Shown here: one piece after another, positions 1 through 15,000 of the stretch
Layout of the letters: every line of letters begins with the position of its first letter
Position numbering within the stretch: position 1 is the stretch's first letter
Source of the DNA: Chthoniobacterales bacterium
GTDB lineage: Bacteria > Verrucomicrobiota > Verrucomicrobiia > Chthoniobacterales > Chthoniobacteraceae
Direction of reading: 5' to 3'
Assembly (NCBI GenBank): GCA_038207335.1
Contig: JBBQZX010000016.1
Coordinates: 32,001 to 96,000, forward strand
DNA length: 64,000 nt
Program-made: the position numbers and the translations under genes
The notes under the pieces: model-generated
What the model was told of the DNA's origin: nothing
Database searches by the model: none
The model's input: the letters and a program-made list of their open reading frames with translations, nothing else

Positions 1-3000
1 ACGATCGGAACGCGGCCATTTCCCTCCACATGGAAACGGGCGCCGAGACTGACACCGAGCGGGAAGCCGAAGATGTAGGCCTTCACGTAGCCCGTCAGCT
101 CAAGGTTGAAGATGAAGTAGTCGTTGCCGATCGCGTCCTTCGTCACGATCGACGTGATGTTGAAGTGAACGCCGCCCTCGATGCCGAAGAAGTCGTTTCC
201 GATCTTCAACTTGCCATCGATGGTGACGCTGAAGCTGCCGGTCGAGTCGAGCCAGCCATTCACATGCAGTCCGGCGAAGCCGAAGAGATTCACGCCGGCA
301 TCGAAGTCGAAGCGCCATGAATTGAACGCCGAGACTCGAATGCTGAAGCTCGCGTCGAGTTTCAAAATCTTCAGGATTTCGAGGTGCCCGGCGACCATGA
401 GGTAGAAGCCGTTCGGCACGCCGTCGCGCGTCGCGCCGGTGGTGTTGATTTGCAGGCGGCCCGCGGCCTCGATCGAGAAAACCGCAACGTCGGCTCGCAG
501 GCTCACAGCGACGTCGAGCACGAGACCGCTCGAATAAACCGCGGCCAAACCGTGTGCCTCGAACTCCAGCCCGCCGAGCAGGAATGAGACATCGAACTGA
601 ATCCGAATGCCGTCCGCGCCGATGAAGATCGAGATGCTGCCGGAGCCCTTCGCGAAGCCGAGGAACTCGACGGAGCCATTAATGGAAATGAGCACGCCGG
701 GCTGAATCGTGATGCCGACGAGCGTCTGCGCGCTGCTCGTCGTGTTAAGCTGCAGCATCGCGCCGACCGAGAATTTCAGCCCGACTCCGCCGCCGAAATT
801 CGCGCCGAGGCTGAGCGACAGCGCGGCGACGAGGCCTTGTGAGGTGATGCGGAAACCGCCGCGCACATCGACCTGCCCGAGCGGCCCGATGACCGCCGTC
901 GCCACGACCGTCACTTCGAGCATGTCGGGGCTGAGCGTGAACTCGAATTGCCCGTCGAGGGTGATCGCGTTCGCGATATTGAGCGAGCCGCGCAGCCGCA
1001 GATGCACGCCGGACGGCACGGCGACCATGCCGACGACGAGGTTGTTGTTCGCATCGCGCTGGAACCGTCCGGTCACCGGATCGATGACGAACGTCTGCAC
1101 CGTGCTGTGCGGATTCCCATCGTCGAAGGTGTTGAATTCCACCAGGAATTCGCCGCTGAACCGGACGCCGGGAATGCCGTCCGCAACGCGCACGAGATAG
1201 ACGCGGCCGACGACGCCGGTGTTATCCGCGTCGCCGATGAAGACCGAGAAATTCAGCGTGCCGGATACAGCGCCAAGCACTGGAATCTCACCTCCCACCG
1301 CGCCGGTGACGGTAAACTCGCTCGTCGAACCGACCGACGCCTTGATCTGAATGAAGCCGGTCAGTGTGATGACCTGCGCGATGCGAAGCTCGGCCTGGAT
1401 CGTGAAGACGAGATAGATCGACGGCACAGCGGTCGCGCTCCGCAGGCCGTCGAGTCCGGGCGGGCCCGCGTAAATGTTGATCGATGTCGGATCGCCCGGG
1501 GACAGCAGCGGAATGAAGGACTGCGGCAGGTCGAAGACCTGATCCGCCAGGGTCGTATTGAACATCAGCGTGACCGAGCCGCTGACCTCAAAGATGTCAC
1601 CGACGCCGGGGATTCCGACATTCGCGCCCGCCCCAACGCGCAGGTATCCGGCGATGCCGGGAATCTCGCCCGCCTTCGTGGTGCCATACACGATCTCGAG
1701 CAGACCGGTAACTTTCCCGTAGGTGATCGGTCCCTCCTTGAATTCCGCATCGACGAATACCTCGAAGCGCGTGCTGCTGATCTTCAGGTAGAATAAGCCA
1801 CGCAGGCGGAAGAGCTCTTGGTCAGCGCCCGGCGGCTTGATGACCGCGCTGCCGAAGAGTTCCAGCGTAAAGGTCTGCGGCGCGAGGACGTAGGTGCGTA
1901 CGAGCGGCCCGCCATTCGGCCCGATGCCGGGAAGCTTGATCGTCTCGGTCTTCGCGACGGTCGTCGTGTTGATTTGAAGGGTGCCGCCAACATCGAAGTA
2001 GATGCCGTACTGCTGGAGTACCGTGAGATTGCTTTGCACCGTCGCGACGCCCCAGAACTGCGGCGCCGGGCCTGTCGTCCCGCTGAGATCGAGGATGAAG
2101 CGCGCCGCCGTTGCGCCGATCGCCCCGATTTTATAGACCCGAAGCTCGCCGCTGAAATCGAGCTGCACGACTTTCCGCGCGAGGTCGATTTCGATCGTCG
2201 CCTCGGCCTTCACGCTGATGAGCGGCTCGTCGAGCAGGTCGGCGAGCCGGAGTTCGACGGAGCCGGAAATCTCGATGAAGAACGACTGCGCCTGCGTAAT
2301 AACTTTCACGGTCTGGACGCCCGCCGCGCCCTGTGTGCCGCTCGAATCCTGCCACTGACCCGCGAGGAAGGTGACGGTCAGCGTGCCGGTGTCGAACTGC
2401 CCGCCGAAGCTGTAGCGCCATGTGTTCGTCCCCGTGAGCGCGCCGGGCTGCGTCGGCACGCCGTTGACGACGACGTTCTCGCCGTTCGCGCCGGTCAGCG
2501 TGAACTCCTGACCCGGGTCGGTGATCGAGCCGGCATTGAGCGTATTGGTGCCGGTCGGCGTGAACGTAACGTCGATGTAGTGCTGGCCGTTGAGCGTCTC
2601 GCGGTCCGCGGTCTGGCCCACCATCGGGTTCGAGAGTGACGCGTGACCGACAGCGACGCTGAACACTTCGGAGCCCGCGAGATTCGCGATTCCATCCATG
2701 TCGCGGAAGCTGTTCGCGTTGAAAGTCACGGTGTAGGTGCCTTCGGAGAGCGCTCCGGTGAAGCGGTAGCGCCACGCGTTCGTCCCCTGCCCCGCGATCA
2801 TCACGCGCTCCGGCGCGCCGGTGATCGCGACCGCATTTCCAGCGGCGTCTTTGATCGTGATCTCGTCGCCGTTAATGCTGTTCGCGTCGAGCGTGCCGCC
2901 GGTCGGCGGACGGAACGTCACCTCGACGTAGCCCTGACTGTTGATCAAGTCGCGCCCGATGGCCGCGCCATTCGCCGGGCTGGTAAGCGCCGCCGTGCTG

Positions 3001-6000
3001 CCGGAAACGGTGAAGATTTGATCCGTCGCGACGTTGCCAAACATCGTGTCGCTGAAGCTCCCGCCAACGAAGCGAACCTTCGCCTCGCCCACCGAGAAGT
3101 CGCCGGTGAGGAAGTAGCGATACGTCGTCCCGCCGACCAGCAGCGGCGTGTCGCCGACCGTCACGCCCATCGCGCCGAGGCCTTCGAGCGTGAACTCCGC
3201 ATCCGGGTCGGTGATCGAGCCGGCGTTGATCGTGTTCATCCGCGACGGACTGAAATTCACGTCAATGAAGCTGTGGTTCGCGTAGCTCGACATGACCGAC
3301 GTGCGCGCAGCCGCGGGCGATCCACTCTCCGTCCAGCTCCCGGTCAGATAGTCGAGCGTGACATTTCGCGCATCCGCTGACAGCGACGTATCGGTGACGA
3401 AACGGCCCGTCAGGAAGTAGCGATACGTCTTCAAGCCAGCCGTGTTGCTGACGAGCAGCGGCGCGCGGTCGGGATCGAAACCGATCGAGCCGAGGCCGGG
3501 GCCGGAGAGCGCGAATTCCGCGCCTGCGTCGGTGATACTCGCGTCGTCCGCCGTGCTCTGGAACGCCACGTCGATGTAGTTGCGGCGGTTGATCTGGTTC
3601 AGGTCGATGAAGCCGCCCGGGCCCGGATTCAGCACCGCCGCTGTCGCGCCATCCGCGGTGAATTTGATCGCCGCCGCGACATTGCCGACGCCCGCCGTGA
3701 CCGAGCCGTCTGTTGCGGTCACGTCGGCATTCTTGAAGCCCGCGCCGCTCGCTCCATCGAAGGCCAGCACGTTCACCGTGACCTCACCGGTCTGGAAGCT
3801 CGTGAACGCCGCCGAGGTTTCGTCGGTCGTGAGGAAGTAGCGGAAGCGGTTCGCGCCGCTGTTCGAGATCGCCGCGATCAAGTCGGCCTGCGTCGCCCCG
3901 GTCACCGCGCGCACGGTCTGCACGCCATTCGCATCGATGACGGTCTCGAGCGGCACCGGGACGCCGTGCGTCTGATAGGTGTGACCGTTAGCCGTGACCG
4001 TGATTTCCGCGCCCGAGTCGAGGATCGAAGCGTAGTCGAGCTTCTGACCATTCGGCGCGTTGAAGGTCACATCGACGTAGGGCTTCGTGAACGGCGACGC
4101 GCTGCCGAACGGCGTGAGCGGCGGCAGCGGACGCCCATTGAGCACGTTCACGTCGATGTGCCCGGCCATCGGATCGATCAACGTCGCGGTCGGTTTCACG
4201 TCGCTCACCACGCCGCTGGTCGTCGCCACAGTTGTGAACGTGACTTCGTCGCCGCCCGCGTTTTTGAAGCCGAGCTTCAGCTTGCCTTGGATCGTCAGCA
4301 GCCGGACTTGATCCGGGATGTCGGCGAGGAAGAGCACGGTGACACTGCCCTGCGCGACTTTCGACAGGTCGGCGTAAAGCTTCGCGCTGAGGCTGATTTG
4401 GTCCGCGGCAAAGTTGAGCTTGCCCGCGATGAGGAATTTCCCGTCGGTGCTGAACTTGATCAGAATCTCGCCATTGAAGACTTCCTTCGACGTGTAGATC
4501 GTGAACAGCTTCGCGCCGCCGGTGATGGTGAGCGGCGAGGTGAACGCAGCCTCGAATCCGCTCATGCCGGGATTTGCGCGGATCGCCTGCACCTGCCGCA
4601 CGACCTGCATCTTCACATCGTCGAGCCATTGCTCCGGCGAGACATTCACGCCCGTGCCGAACGCCGGGCCGCGCAGCTCGAGCGGGTCGCTAATCGACGG
4701 CAGCGTTTTGAAGAATTCAACCCCGGCTACAAAGTCGTTGATGGAGAGGCCGGTGTTCGGTTCCAGCAAAATTCCGCCGGGCACCGAAGCGCTGATGAGC
4801 ACGCCGAGCGGACCGAGTTCGGTCAGCGCGAGACGGATCGTGAGCCCGCCGATGCCCGGGAATACAAAGCCGCCCTGGAGCCCGGCGAAGAAGACGCGCT
4901 GCGCGACCGGCGTCACTTCATCGGTCGAGGCGATGATTTGATCGGTCGCGCTGAGTTTCACGATGCCGCCAATGAGCGCCGCGCTGATCTCGCCGCCGAA
5001 GAGCTGGCCACTGATGCTCACGCCGATGCTCGCGATGTCGGTGATCGGGAACTCGCCGCGCAGCAACTTCGCCACGTCGATCTTCACCCCTTCGATCGCG
5101 CCGGCGAAAGTGAGACCCTTGATCCCGTGGATGCCCGTGACACTGGCCGAGAGCGTCAGGACGAATTCGGCCGGATGCTCCTGAATCCCGTTCGGCCAGG
5201 TGATGCCGAGCTCGGTGATGTGGATCGGCAGCCAGCTCGGCCATTTGAAGGTGTCGCCCGTCGCGCCGCCGACGCTGAGCACGACGCCGAAGCCGAGTTC
5301 CGGCCGGAATTTGCCGTTGCCGAGGATCGAGAAATTCCGCGCCTCACCGCCGATGATGAGTCCGCCGATATTCACCTCCGCGCCGACCGCGCCGACGGAG
5401 AGCAGCTTCTCCGTGCCAATCGCGCCGGTGTCGAGCCGCAGATTGCTTGCCGTCAGGGTGAGGACGCCGCCGAGTTCGACGCGCAGCGTATCGACGTCGA
5501 ACTTGAACGAATCGACCTTGCCATCCTTGAAAGTGAGCGTGGCCCGCAGCGCTTCGGTGTCGGGGGAGCCGGGGAGATCCTTGCCGGGCTCCGCGGTGAG
5601 CCGGTCCTTGATGGTGGCGTTGAACGCCTTGCCCGGGAAGAGCGTTGCGCCGCCAGAGGCGAAGAAGATCGAGCCGTTGAAGACGAGCGGGTTTTCGGCG
5701 TCGAAGTTGACTGAGAAATTGGTGACGCCGATGCGGATGTCGTCGAATTCGATGATTCCCTTGAGCCCGATTTTGCCCGGCGTCGGAGCGGTCTGGCCCG
5801 CGGGCGTGGGCATCGGCGTGAGGCCGTTCGGGTCATTTGCGGGCGTGACTCCGCCGAACTGGAGAATGGCCTGGCCGATCGTGAAGCCATTCTGCCGGAC
5901 GACGAGTCCCGGGATGACGCCGGGCGGGCCGGTCGTCTGCACTTTTCCGATCGGGGTCGGGTCGGCTGCCATTTCCGTCTCGCTGGCGTCGTGATTTGAC

Positions 6001-9000
6001 TGAGTCGTCGTGTCGAAAGGACGAATCCGGCCGGCAACATTCAGCGACGGGAAGACGATGTCGGCCGAGTAAACGCGGATCAACTCCTGGTCGCGCCCGC
6101 CCGCCGGATCGTAGGCGATGCGAATGCCTTGCGCGGTCACGGTGACCACATCCGGCACGGTCACATTCAGCGCCGCGACGGAGAAGCTGAACTTCCCGGG
6201 CACGTTGATTTTCACATTCCCGCTGAGCAGCCCGAAGACATCGACGGCCACATCGAGCGCTCCGTGGATGCCAAGCAGGTCCGCCGTGATCGCACTGGAA
6301 CTCTGCTGCGTCGTGCCCGTCGTCGCGCCCGCCGCGGGAGCGCTCCCGCCGAATGACAGCGACGCGCGGTCAGCGCCGATGCCGATCGTCAGCACGAGCA
6401 GCCCGTCTTTGAATCCGACTTTGTCGATGTCGATCGACGGACCTTGCAGCGTGAGCGGGCCGATGTTCAGCGGACCGCCCGCCGTGCTCGTGCCCGTCGC
6501 GTCGAGGGTGAAACGCTCCTGCAGCGGCGCATTCCCCGCGCCGTCGAGCGTCTTGAAGCCCCAGTCGAGATGCGCCGGACCTGCCGTGACGAAATCGACG
6601 AAGACCTCGCCCGGAGTCGAGCCCGTGCCCGCCTTGAACAGGCCAACCGCGTCGCCCGGGGTCGCGTCCGTGAGGTAGTAGCGATACGTCGTCCCCTGAA
6701 TCAGCAGAGGCACGGCACCGACGAGCACCGGGAAGCCGTTCCCATCGACTTTGATCTGCGCGACGCCGGAGCCGGAGAGCTTGAATTCGTTGCCGTTGAT
6801 TGTGCTCGGGTCGATTTTGCTTCCGTCTTTCGAGACAAAAGTCACGTCGATCCACTGCCGCCCGTTGAGTTGCGAGAGTTGCACGGAGCCGCCGCCATTC
6901 GGGTTCGCGAGCTGCGCGGTCGCGGCGGCGACGGTGCCGGGGCTCACGTTGCCGTCCGCATCGGTGAAGGAGAACGGAAGGATCGCCAACTCGATGTCGC
7001 CCGTCGGCAGCGTGCCGGTGTAGGTGTAGCGCCAGGTGTTCGGCTTGCCGGTCGGGTCGGGCTGCGTCGGCGTCTTGCCGATGGTCACGCCCGCGATCGT
7101 TTGGCCGTTTTGTTTCAGCGCAAATTCCGGCGCGTCATCGGTGATCGAAGCAGCTGTCAACGCGGTCGAGCCGAGCTTGAAGAACGTCACGTCGATCGTC
7201 TTGGCTGCGGCATTCAGCGCGGGCGCGGTCAGGAATTTCGAGTAGATCACGAACGCATCCGTCCGCGTGGTATTCATGACGCCGTTCATGTCGGTGTAAG
7301 TGCCCGGCTCAATTTTGACCTCAACACGCCCGGTCTCGCCGAACGACCCCGTGAACGGGAACCGCCACACGTTCGTTGTCCCCTGCCGCGCCGGCGTGCC
7401 GAGCGTGATTCCCGTTGGCGTGACGCCGTTCACTTTCAACGAAATCTCGCCGCCACCGACAGTCGAAGCCTTGATCCCCGCGCCCGTCGGATCGGTCAGC
7501 AACACATCGATGAAGCCATCCAAATTGATCTTCGCGAGGTCGATGAACTGCGTGCCCGCCGTGAAGACTTGCGTCTCGCCAGCGTTCGCAATGTTCAGTT
7601 TGTCCGTCCAAGTTTCCGGGAGGAAAGTGATCTGCACCGCGCCTTCCGGTAGGTCGCCGAGGAACGAGTAGCGCCAGACATTCGTCGTGCCGATGCGCGC
7701 CGGTTTTCCGATCACGGTCACGCTCGCCGGGATCGCGCCGTTCACGCGCAGGATGAATTCCGCGTCGGTGTCCTCGATCGTTTCCGGCTTGAGTTGCGCG
7801 TGGTTCGGATCGTTGAAGAGCACGTCGATGTAGTGCCGGCGATTCAGCGTGGCGCGGTCGGCGAGCACGCCCGCGACGGGATCGAAGAGGTCGGCAGTCA
7901 GCGACTGGACAGAGCCCGGCAGATTCGAGAGCGTGAGCGTCTGGCCGTAAACCGTGACGCCATTCACCGCGAGCGTCTGGAGCTGGAAGCCGTCCGCGCC
8001 GCCGATGGTGAAGATCGCGGTGCCCGTGATCGCAAACGCTTCCTGTCCACTGACGTTGATCTTCAGCCCGGCGGGCGCGCCGTTCGGGATGCCAGTCACC
8101 GCGACGGCGACGACACCGTTCGGCTTCTTGGTGAAGCTGATGCGGCCATCGAGCGAGAAGATGTTGCCGACCTTGAAGCTGAGGTCCCCGGTGAAGATCG
8201 CGACGTCATCAGTGGTCGTGAATTTCGCGAGCGTGATCGGCGAATCTCCCGGCACGCTGATCGACGTGGTCGGCGGAATAATGACCCCCGAGTTATTGAA
8301 ATCGACGGTCGCGAAGCCGGTCACGTCGAGCCCGTCGAGGCCAACGAGCTTCACGGTGCCCTCGGCGTGCAGCGCGTATTTCGTCACGCCGCCGATGTTG
8401 AATTTGATCAAGCCGAGCCGCGCATTGGTCAGCAGGACGCCGGTGGCGTTCGGGTTCTTTGTGCCGTCGGTGAGCGTGTAGGGCCCCTGGCCGAGGAAAA
8501 TCTCGATAGCTGCCGCACCGACTGCGCCGGTGGCATTGGCGAGCCCCGCGGGAGCGGAGCCAAAGCTCAGGCTGCCCTCGATACTCACGAAGTCGCCGAG
8601 CGTGATCTTCAAATCCTGCACGATGACCTGGAAGAAGGGACGCGTGCCGGACTTCACTTCCGTCGCGCTGAATTTCACCGCAACCGTGCGCCCGTTGATG
8701 TCGAGCATCTCATCGACCGCGGTCGGCGAAGTGTTGAAGCGCACGCCGACCGTGCCGCCGATGCTCGCGCCGCCACCCGATAGCGCCACCTCGCCGGTGA
8801 TCGTCCCCGCGATGCCGTCAGCTTTCAGCACGAGCACCGCACCCGCGTTTTTCAGCACCGGCAGGTCGTCCGCGCCGGAACCGGTGAAGCTCAGCCGCGA
8901 CACCGCGATGCGCGTGACTTTGCTGCCGTCGGCGCGCGTCGATTGGTCGAAGAAGAAGTCGCCGCTCAACGTGAATCCGGCGAACGTCGCGGTCGCATCG

Positions 9001-12000
9001 TAAGCCGTGACGCGAATGTAGGGGCCGCCCGGCACGTTGAGCCGCGTGCTAGTGCCGTTGAGCGTGAAAGTCTGATCGACCGGCGTCATCAGCGTGTTGA
9101 TCGCGAAGCCGATTGTGCCGCTGAGATTGAAGTCGGGAATCGTGACCGACGCCTTCACCGAGAAGCTGCCGGCGAGACCGCCCGGCGTGACTACGAGCAC
9201 GCCGTTGCCATCGCTGAGCGTGAAAAGCGGCGCGCCCGCGCTGTCCTTGAATTGCAACCCGATGTTCGTCGCGACGACCGTTACGGTCGCCTGCCCGGCG
9301 GTCGTCTGCTTGCGCTCGAACGCGAAGTTTCCGCTGATCGTCGTGCCGAGCACGGTAAGCGCGATGTCGGTGCCCTCGACGCGGACGAACGGCCCGGCGG
9401 GCAGCGTCAACGTGTTCAGCCCGAGGCCGGTGATCGTGTCCGGCTGCGTGGTCTGTCCGGTGGCCGTGCCGCTGATTCCAAGCAACCCCGCGGCTCCGAG
9501 CCCATTGAGCCCGACGACGGTGAGGCGCTTGCCCGCAGTTACCGCCGACATGTCGGTGAGTTTGATTTTGTCGCCGACGAGCGTCGCGATCGTCGATCCC
9601 GCGGCCGTGTTGATCTTGCCGATTACATCCGCAACGGTCACCGCGCCGGAGAGGTTGACGTTGAAGCTCGTACCGTCCCGGCGCGTGATTTTGAAGTGCG
9701 CGTCGTTGGCCTGCGTCGCGGCGAATCCGGTGACGGTCGGCGCGCTCGAAGCGGTGAGCGCGAGCGAGGCCACGGTCGTATCGATCACGCGGAAACGCAG
9801 GAACGTGCCGAACAATTCCGCGCGCACTTTCGAGCCGAGCCCGCCAGTGCCGAGCGCGGCGTTAAAGTCGGCCACGAGGTTCGCCGCGGTCGTGTTGTCG
9901 GCAGTCGCCGCAGTCGTGACGGTCACCTGTTGCACCGTGCCGCCGAGGTTCAAAGTCACGCTCACGTCGCTCGCGAATTTGCCGTTCGCAGGCGCCGCGA
10001 TCGTCGAGGTGAGCGTCAGTTCGATCGGCAATCCGTCGCCGCCCTTCACGTCTTTCAAGAGCGTCGGAGCCGCGGTCGTGAGCGGGATGTTCACCGCCGC
10101 GTTCGTCGTGTTGATCCGCAGCGAGAAGGTGCCGCTGAATCCGACGTTCGGAATATTTTGCACGCCGACATCCGCGCCGAGTTCACCAGCAACGCCCGCC
10201 GCAGTGATAATGAACGAGCCGTGGCCGTTGCTGACGGTGACGAACTCGGTGGTGCCGTCGCCGAGCCCGAGGTGAACGTTCGACGCCATGATGCGCACGG
10301 TTTGATTCGGCGCGACGCCCACTTTCTCGAACGAGAAATTCCCGCCGAGCGTCTGACCCGCGACGTTCATCGTAACGTTCGTGCCGCTGACTTTCACGTA
10401 GTTGCCGCCGGGGACGCTGATCGTGAATTCGTTCAGCGCGGAGCCGGTGATGACGCCCGCGACGCTCGGCGACAGCAGCCCGAACGAAGCAGCGGTGAGC
10501 GAGCCGTTCAGCGCGGTGACCGCAAACGCCGTCGCGCCGGTCGTGGTGTCGGTGAGCTTGATCGCCTCGCCTTCGAGCGTCGCGATCGTCGTCCCGGCGG
10601 CGGCGTTGATTTTGTCGATCACGTCTCCGACCGTGAGCGCGCCGACGAGGTTGACATTGAAGCTCGTGTTGTCGCGGCGCGTGATTTTGAAGTGCGGCCC
10701 GCTTGATCCGACCGAAATCCCGCTGCCGCCGCGCAGGTCGCTAAGGAGCACGCTGGAATTCACCGCGCCGACCGTGAAGGTCTGCGTCAGCGTCGTTGCA
10801 GGCAGGGTCGAGTCGGTATTGATGCTCACGCCGAAGCTGCCGGAGAAAGTAACACCCGGCACGTTCAGTTCGACCGTCGCGCTGAAGCTGCCCGCGATCA
10901 CGGTTTGGCCGCCCGCGAGTTTTTTCACGACCAAGCCGCCGCGGCCGCGCGACACTTTCACGAAGTCCGTCATGCCGTCGCCGAGTCGCAGCGCGGCGTT
11001 CGCGATGGCGATGGTCATGATGTTCACCGGCGCGGCGAGTGTGCCGATGTTCTGCTTCGCGAACGAGAAGTCGCCGCTGAGCTGCTGGCCCGCGATGTTC
11101 ACGGTGATGCCGGTCGCATCGACGCGCAGATAAGGCCCGGCGGGCAGCGCGAGGGTTTGCGTCTGGCCTGCGATCGTGAACCGCTCGTTCACCACGCTCG
11201 TCGTGTTGTTCAGCGAAAGCGTGAGCGTGCCGGTGAAGAGCGGCGTGTTCGCGGGATTGCCGTCCACGTCGATCGTGACGGCGCCGCCCACGGTGCCCGC
11301 GATACCGCCCGCGCTCGCGGGAATCGCTGGCGTCGTCGCGGTCGCGGCAACGGCGGCGATGGCCGGGCGCACGACGAAGAGCAGCGAGCCGCCGGTCAGC
11401 GCGAGGAAGTCCGTGGCGCCGTTGCTGAATTTCAGGCTGACGTTGCTCGCGGCGATGCGGATCGTTTTCGCCGTCGGCGAAAGTGTCACCTGCTCAAGGC
11501 TGAAGTTCCCGGTGATGTCCTGGCCCGCGATGTTCAGCGTCGCGGGAGCATTCGCGCTGCCGATTTCCACGCGGACAAACGGCCCGGCGGCCAGCGCGAG
11601 CGTGACAACCTGGCCGCTGCCGAGCGTGAGGGATTGGTTCACCGCGACGTTCGTGTTGTTGACCGCGAACGAGACATCGCCCGAGAAGCTAAAGCCCGGG
11701 ATATTCTGAACGGTGACATGCACCGCGAGCTGGCCCGCGATGCCCTGCGGCGTCACGACGAACGAACCGGTGTCGCCCGGGTTTTGCGTGACCGTGACGT
11801 ATTCCGTCGTGCCGTCGCCGAGGTGGATTTGCAGGTTCGCGACCGCGATGCGGATGATCTTTTGCGCGGGCGCTTTCGTCACCTGCTCGAACCCGAAGTC
11901 AGCCTGCAGCGTCTGGCCCGCGATGGTCAGCTTGACGGCCGTGCCGGTGATTTTCAGGTACGGCCCGCCGGGCAGCGTGAAGGTCACAGGCGGCACAGTC

Positions 12001-15000
12001 ACGAGCTTGCCTCCGATGAAGGCGCTGCCGGAGCTGACGGCACCGTCGCCCGCCGTGAGCTTCAGCTTCGTCGCAGTCGTGAAGCCGTTGCTGTCCGCGA
12101 CGATCGGAGCCGTCGCGCCCGCGGCGTTGTCTACGATCTTCAACCGCCCGTCGGTCGTGAGGCTCGCGACGACTGGCACGCTCGCCGTGGTCGCCGCGAG
12201 ATTGATGCGCGCCACGACATCGCCGAGGGTCAGCGCGCCGCCGAGATTCACGTCGAAGAACGTGCCCGAGCCGCCGTTGCGCGTGACCTTCAAATGCGCG
12301 TCGCTCTGCTTCTCGGCAAAGAGCCCGACCGTGACCGAGAACGCCGTGACCGCGGGATCGGTGACCTTGAATTCCACGAGCGTGCCGGCGGCGACGGCGG
12401 AAACACGCGAGCCGAGCCCGGCGGTGCCAATCGCCGACGTGAGGTCGCTGATGAGATCCGAAATGCCGTTGTTCCCCGACTGGCCGAGGAGCGTCACCGC
12501 GGTGGTCACACCGTTGAGATTGAAGTTGAACACGACATCCGCGCCGCCGGTCCATTTTCCGCCGGTTGGCGCGACCGCGATGGTCTGCACGAGCGACGAC
12601 GCGACCGGCGCGACCGTCGCAAAGCCGAGCCCGGCGACCGCCGTCGTCAGCGTGAAGGTGGTCATCGTCGGGTCGATCACACGCAGCCGCAGCAAGGAAC
12701 CGCTCGGCCCATCGACGAGCTCGGCGACGACTTTCGACGCGAGGCCTTTCGCGTTCAAAACAGCGTTCCAATCCTTCACCAAGTTGTCCTGCGGATTCGA
12801 GCCGACCGGCAGCAGATTGTCGTCCTGCTTCGTCGCATTCGGCAGCGCGCTGGAGACCGGGAACGTGACGATCGTCTCAACGCCGTTCAGCGTCAACGTC
12901 ACGCTCACATCGACACCGTAGCTCCCATTCGCCGGAACGACCGCCGTCGAAGTGATCGAGCGCGCAGCGAAGCCGAGCGTGTAAACCGCGCTGACTGAAA
13001 GCGACGTGACGCCCGGATCGGTCGCGGTGAAGATGAGTTTGGCACCGACGTTCGAGGCCACGAGTTGCGCCCCGAGCCCGGCAGTGGTGAGCGCGGCATT
13101 CACGTCGGCAATGAGCGCCGCCGGCTTGTCCGTCGCCTGCAAATTATCCGTCTGCGCGGTCGCGGTGACAGTGACCGACTTCGTAACGCCGTTCACTTTC
13201 ACGAGGAACACGACCTCCGCCGAAACCGTGCCGCTGACCGGGTCCGCGAGCGGATCGATGAAGCGCCCGCTCGCCGGCACCACCGTGCTTGTCGTCAGCA
13301 CGATGCCGTTGCCGATGCCGGTGCGGTTGTTGAGCACCGTGAGAACGGTCGAGCCGTCGAGCGTGGAGAAGGTCAGCGTCTCGTTGACCGGCGCGGTGCC
13401 GGTGTTGATCTCAAGCCCGAAGGTCCCGTCGAAGCTGACGCCCGGAATGTGCAGCGTGACCGTGCCGCCGAGCTTGCCCGCGAGCGCGGCGGGCGTCGGC
13501 GGGACCGCGGTCGGATTTGCGGGGAAGAGGATGAGATAGCCGTTGCCGCCGTCGAGCGTGACGAAATCCGTCGTGCCGTCGCCAAGCCCGAGGTGGACGT
13601 TCGCCGCGCTGATGCGCGTCTGCGTCGTGACCGCGAGCGTGATCGGATCGGTGAACGTGACATTCTCGATCGCGAAGTCGCCACTGAGCGTCTGACCCGC
13701 GACGCTGAGCGCGATATTTTTGCCCTCGACGCGGACATACGGCCCGGCGGGCAGATGCAGTTCGATCGAGACGCCGCCCGCGGTGAAGGTCTCGTTCACC
13801 GGCTTGCCGCCGTTGTTGATCGAGAAGGTGAAGCCGCCCGCGAAGCTCACACCGGCGGGCAATCCGCCGATCGCGATGTCCGCCGCGATCGTGCCCGCGA
13901 GGCCGTCCGGCGAGATGAGGAACGCGCCCTGTCCGTTGCTGATTTGGACAAAGCCGCCGAGGCTCAGGGAAACCTGCGTAACCGCGAGGCGCACGCGTTT
14001 CTGGCCGAGCGAATTGGTCGCCTGCTCGAACGAGAAATTGCCGCGGAGCGTTTGGCCCGCGACCGTGATTTCCGCGGGGGTGCCGACGACCGCGCCCTTG
14101 AGTTCCGCCCGGAGGTATGGCCCGGCTGGCAGGTCGAGTGGGAAGTTTTGGCTGTTGACGACGAAGGTCTCGTGAACCTCCGCGTTGGTGTTGTTGATCG
14201 TGACGCTGATCGTCGCGTTGTTGAGTCCGAAGGCGTTGCCGAAGTTGAGCGTCGGGTTCGCCTCGATGCGGCCCGAAAGTCCCGCCCCCGTGACGAGGAA
14301 GAGCGCGGATTGACCGGCGCTCTGTTTGATTTCCACGAGCGGCGGCGCGAGTCCGGTCGGACCATCGGGATCGGCGAGAGCGATGTAGGCGTTGGTCACC
14401 GCGACCTTCACGACACGAGTGCCGTTCGTCCGCGTGAACTGCTCAAACGCGAAGTCTCCACCGATCGCCTGTCCCGCGACGGTGAGCTGAATGTCAGTGC
14501 CTTCCACCCGCAGGAACGGACCGGCAGGCAGGTCAACGTGAATGACTTCGTCGGATAGCGAATTGCCGACGATCGAGCCGGGCGTCGCAACCGCGGCTGA
14601 TTTCAAAATGCCAAGCTGGCTCGCGGCGAGCGAACCATTCAACGCCATGACCGCGAACGTGCTTGCACCAGTCGTCCCGTCGGTCAGCACGATCGTGGAG
14701 TTGACCAGAGACGCAATCGTCGAGCCGGCGGCGGTGTTGATGCGCGTGATCACGTCGTTCAGCGAAGTCGCGCCGACGAGATTCACGTCGAACGTCGCGC
14801 CGCTACGCTGCGTCACGCGGAACTGCGCCGCCGCGATGCCAATCGCGATGCCCCCGCCGCCGCGCAGCGAGGAGAGAAGCGCCGCTCCGGTCAGGTTGGT
14901 GAGCACGCTGCCCACGATCTCGCCGGGCTTGCCAACGGTGGGCGCATTCAGGAGCCCGAGCAGGCTCGCGGTCAGCGAACCGTTCAGCGCGGTGACCGCG

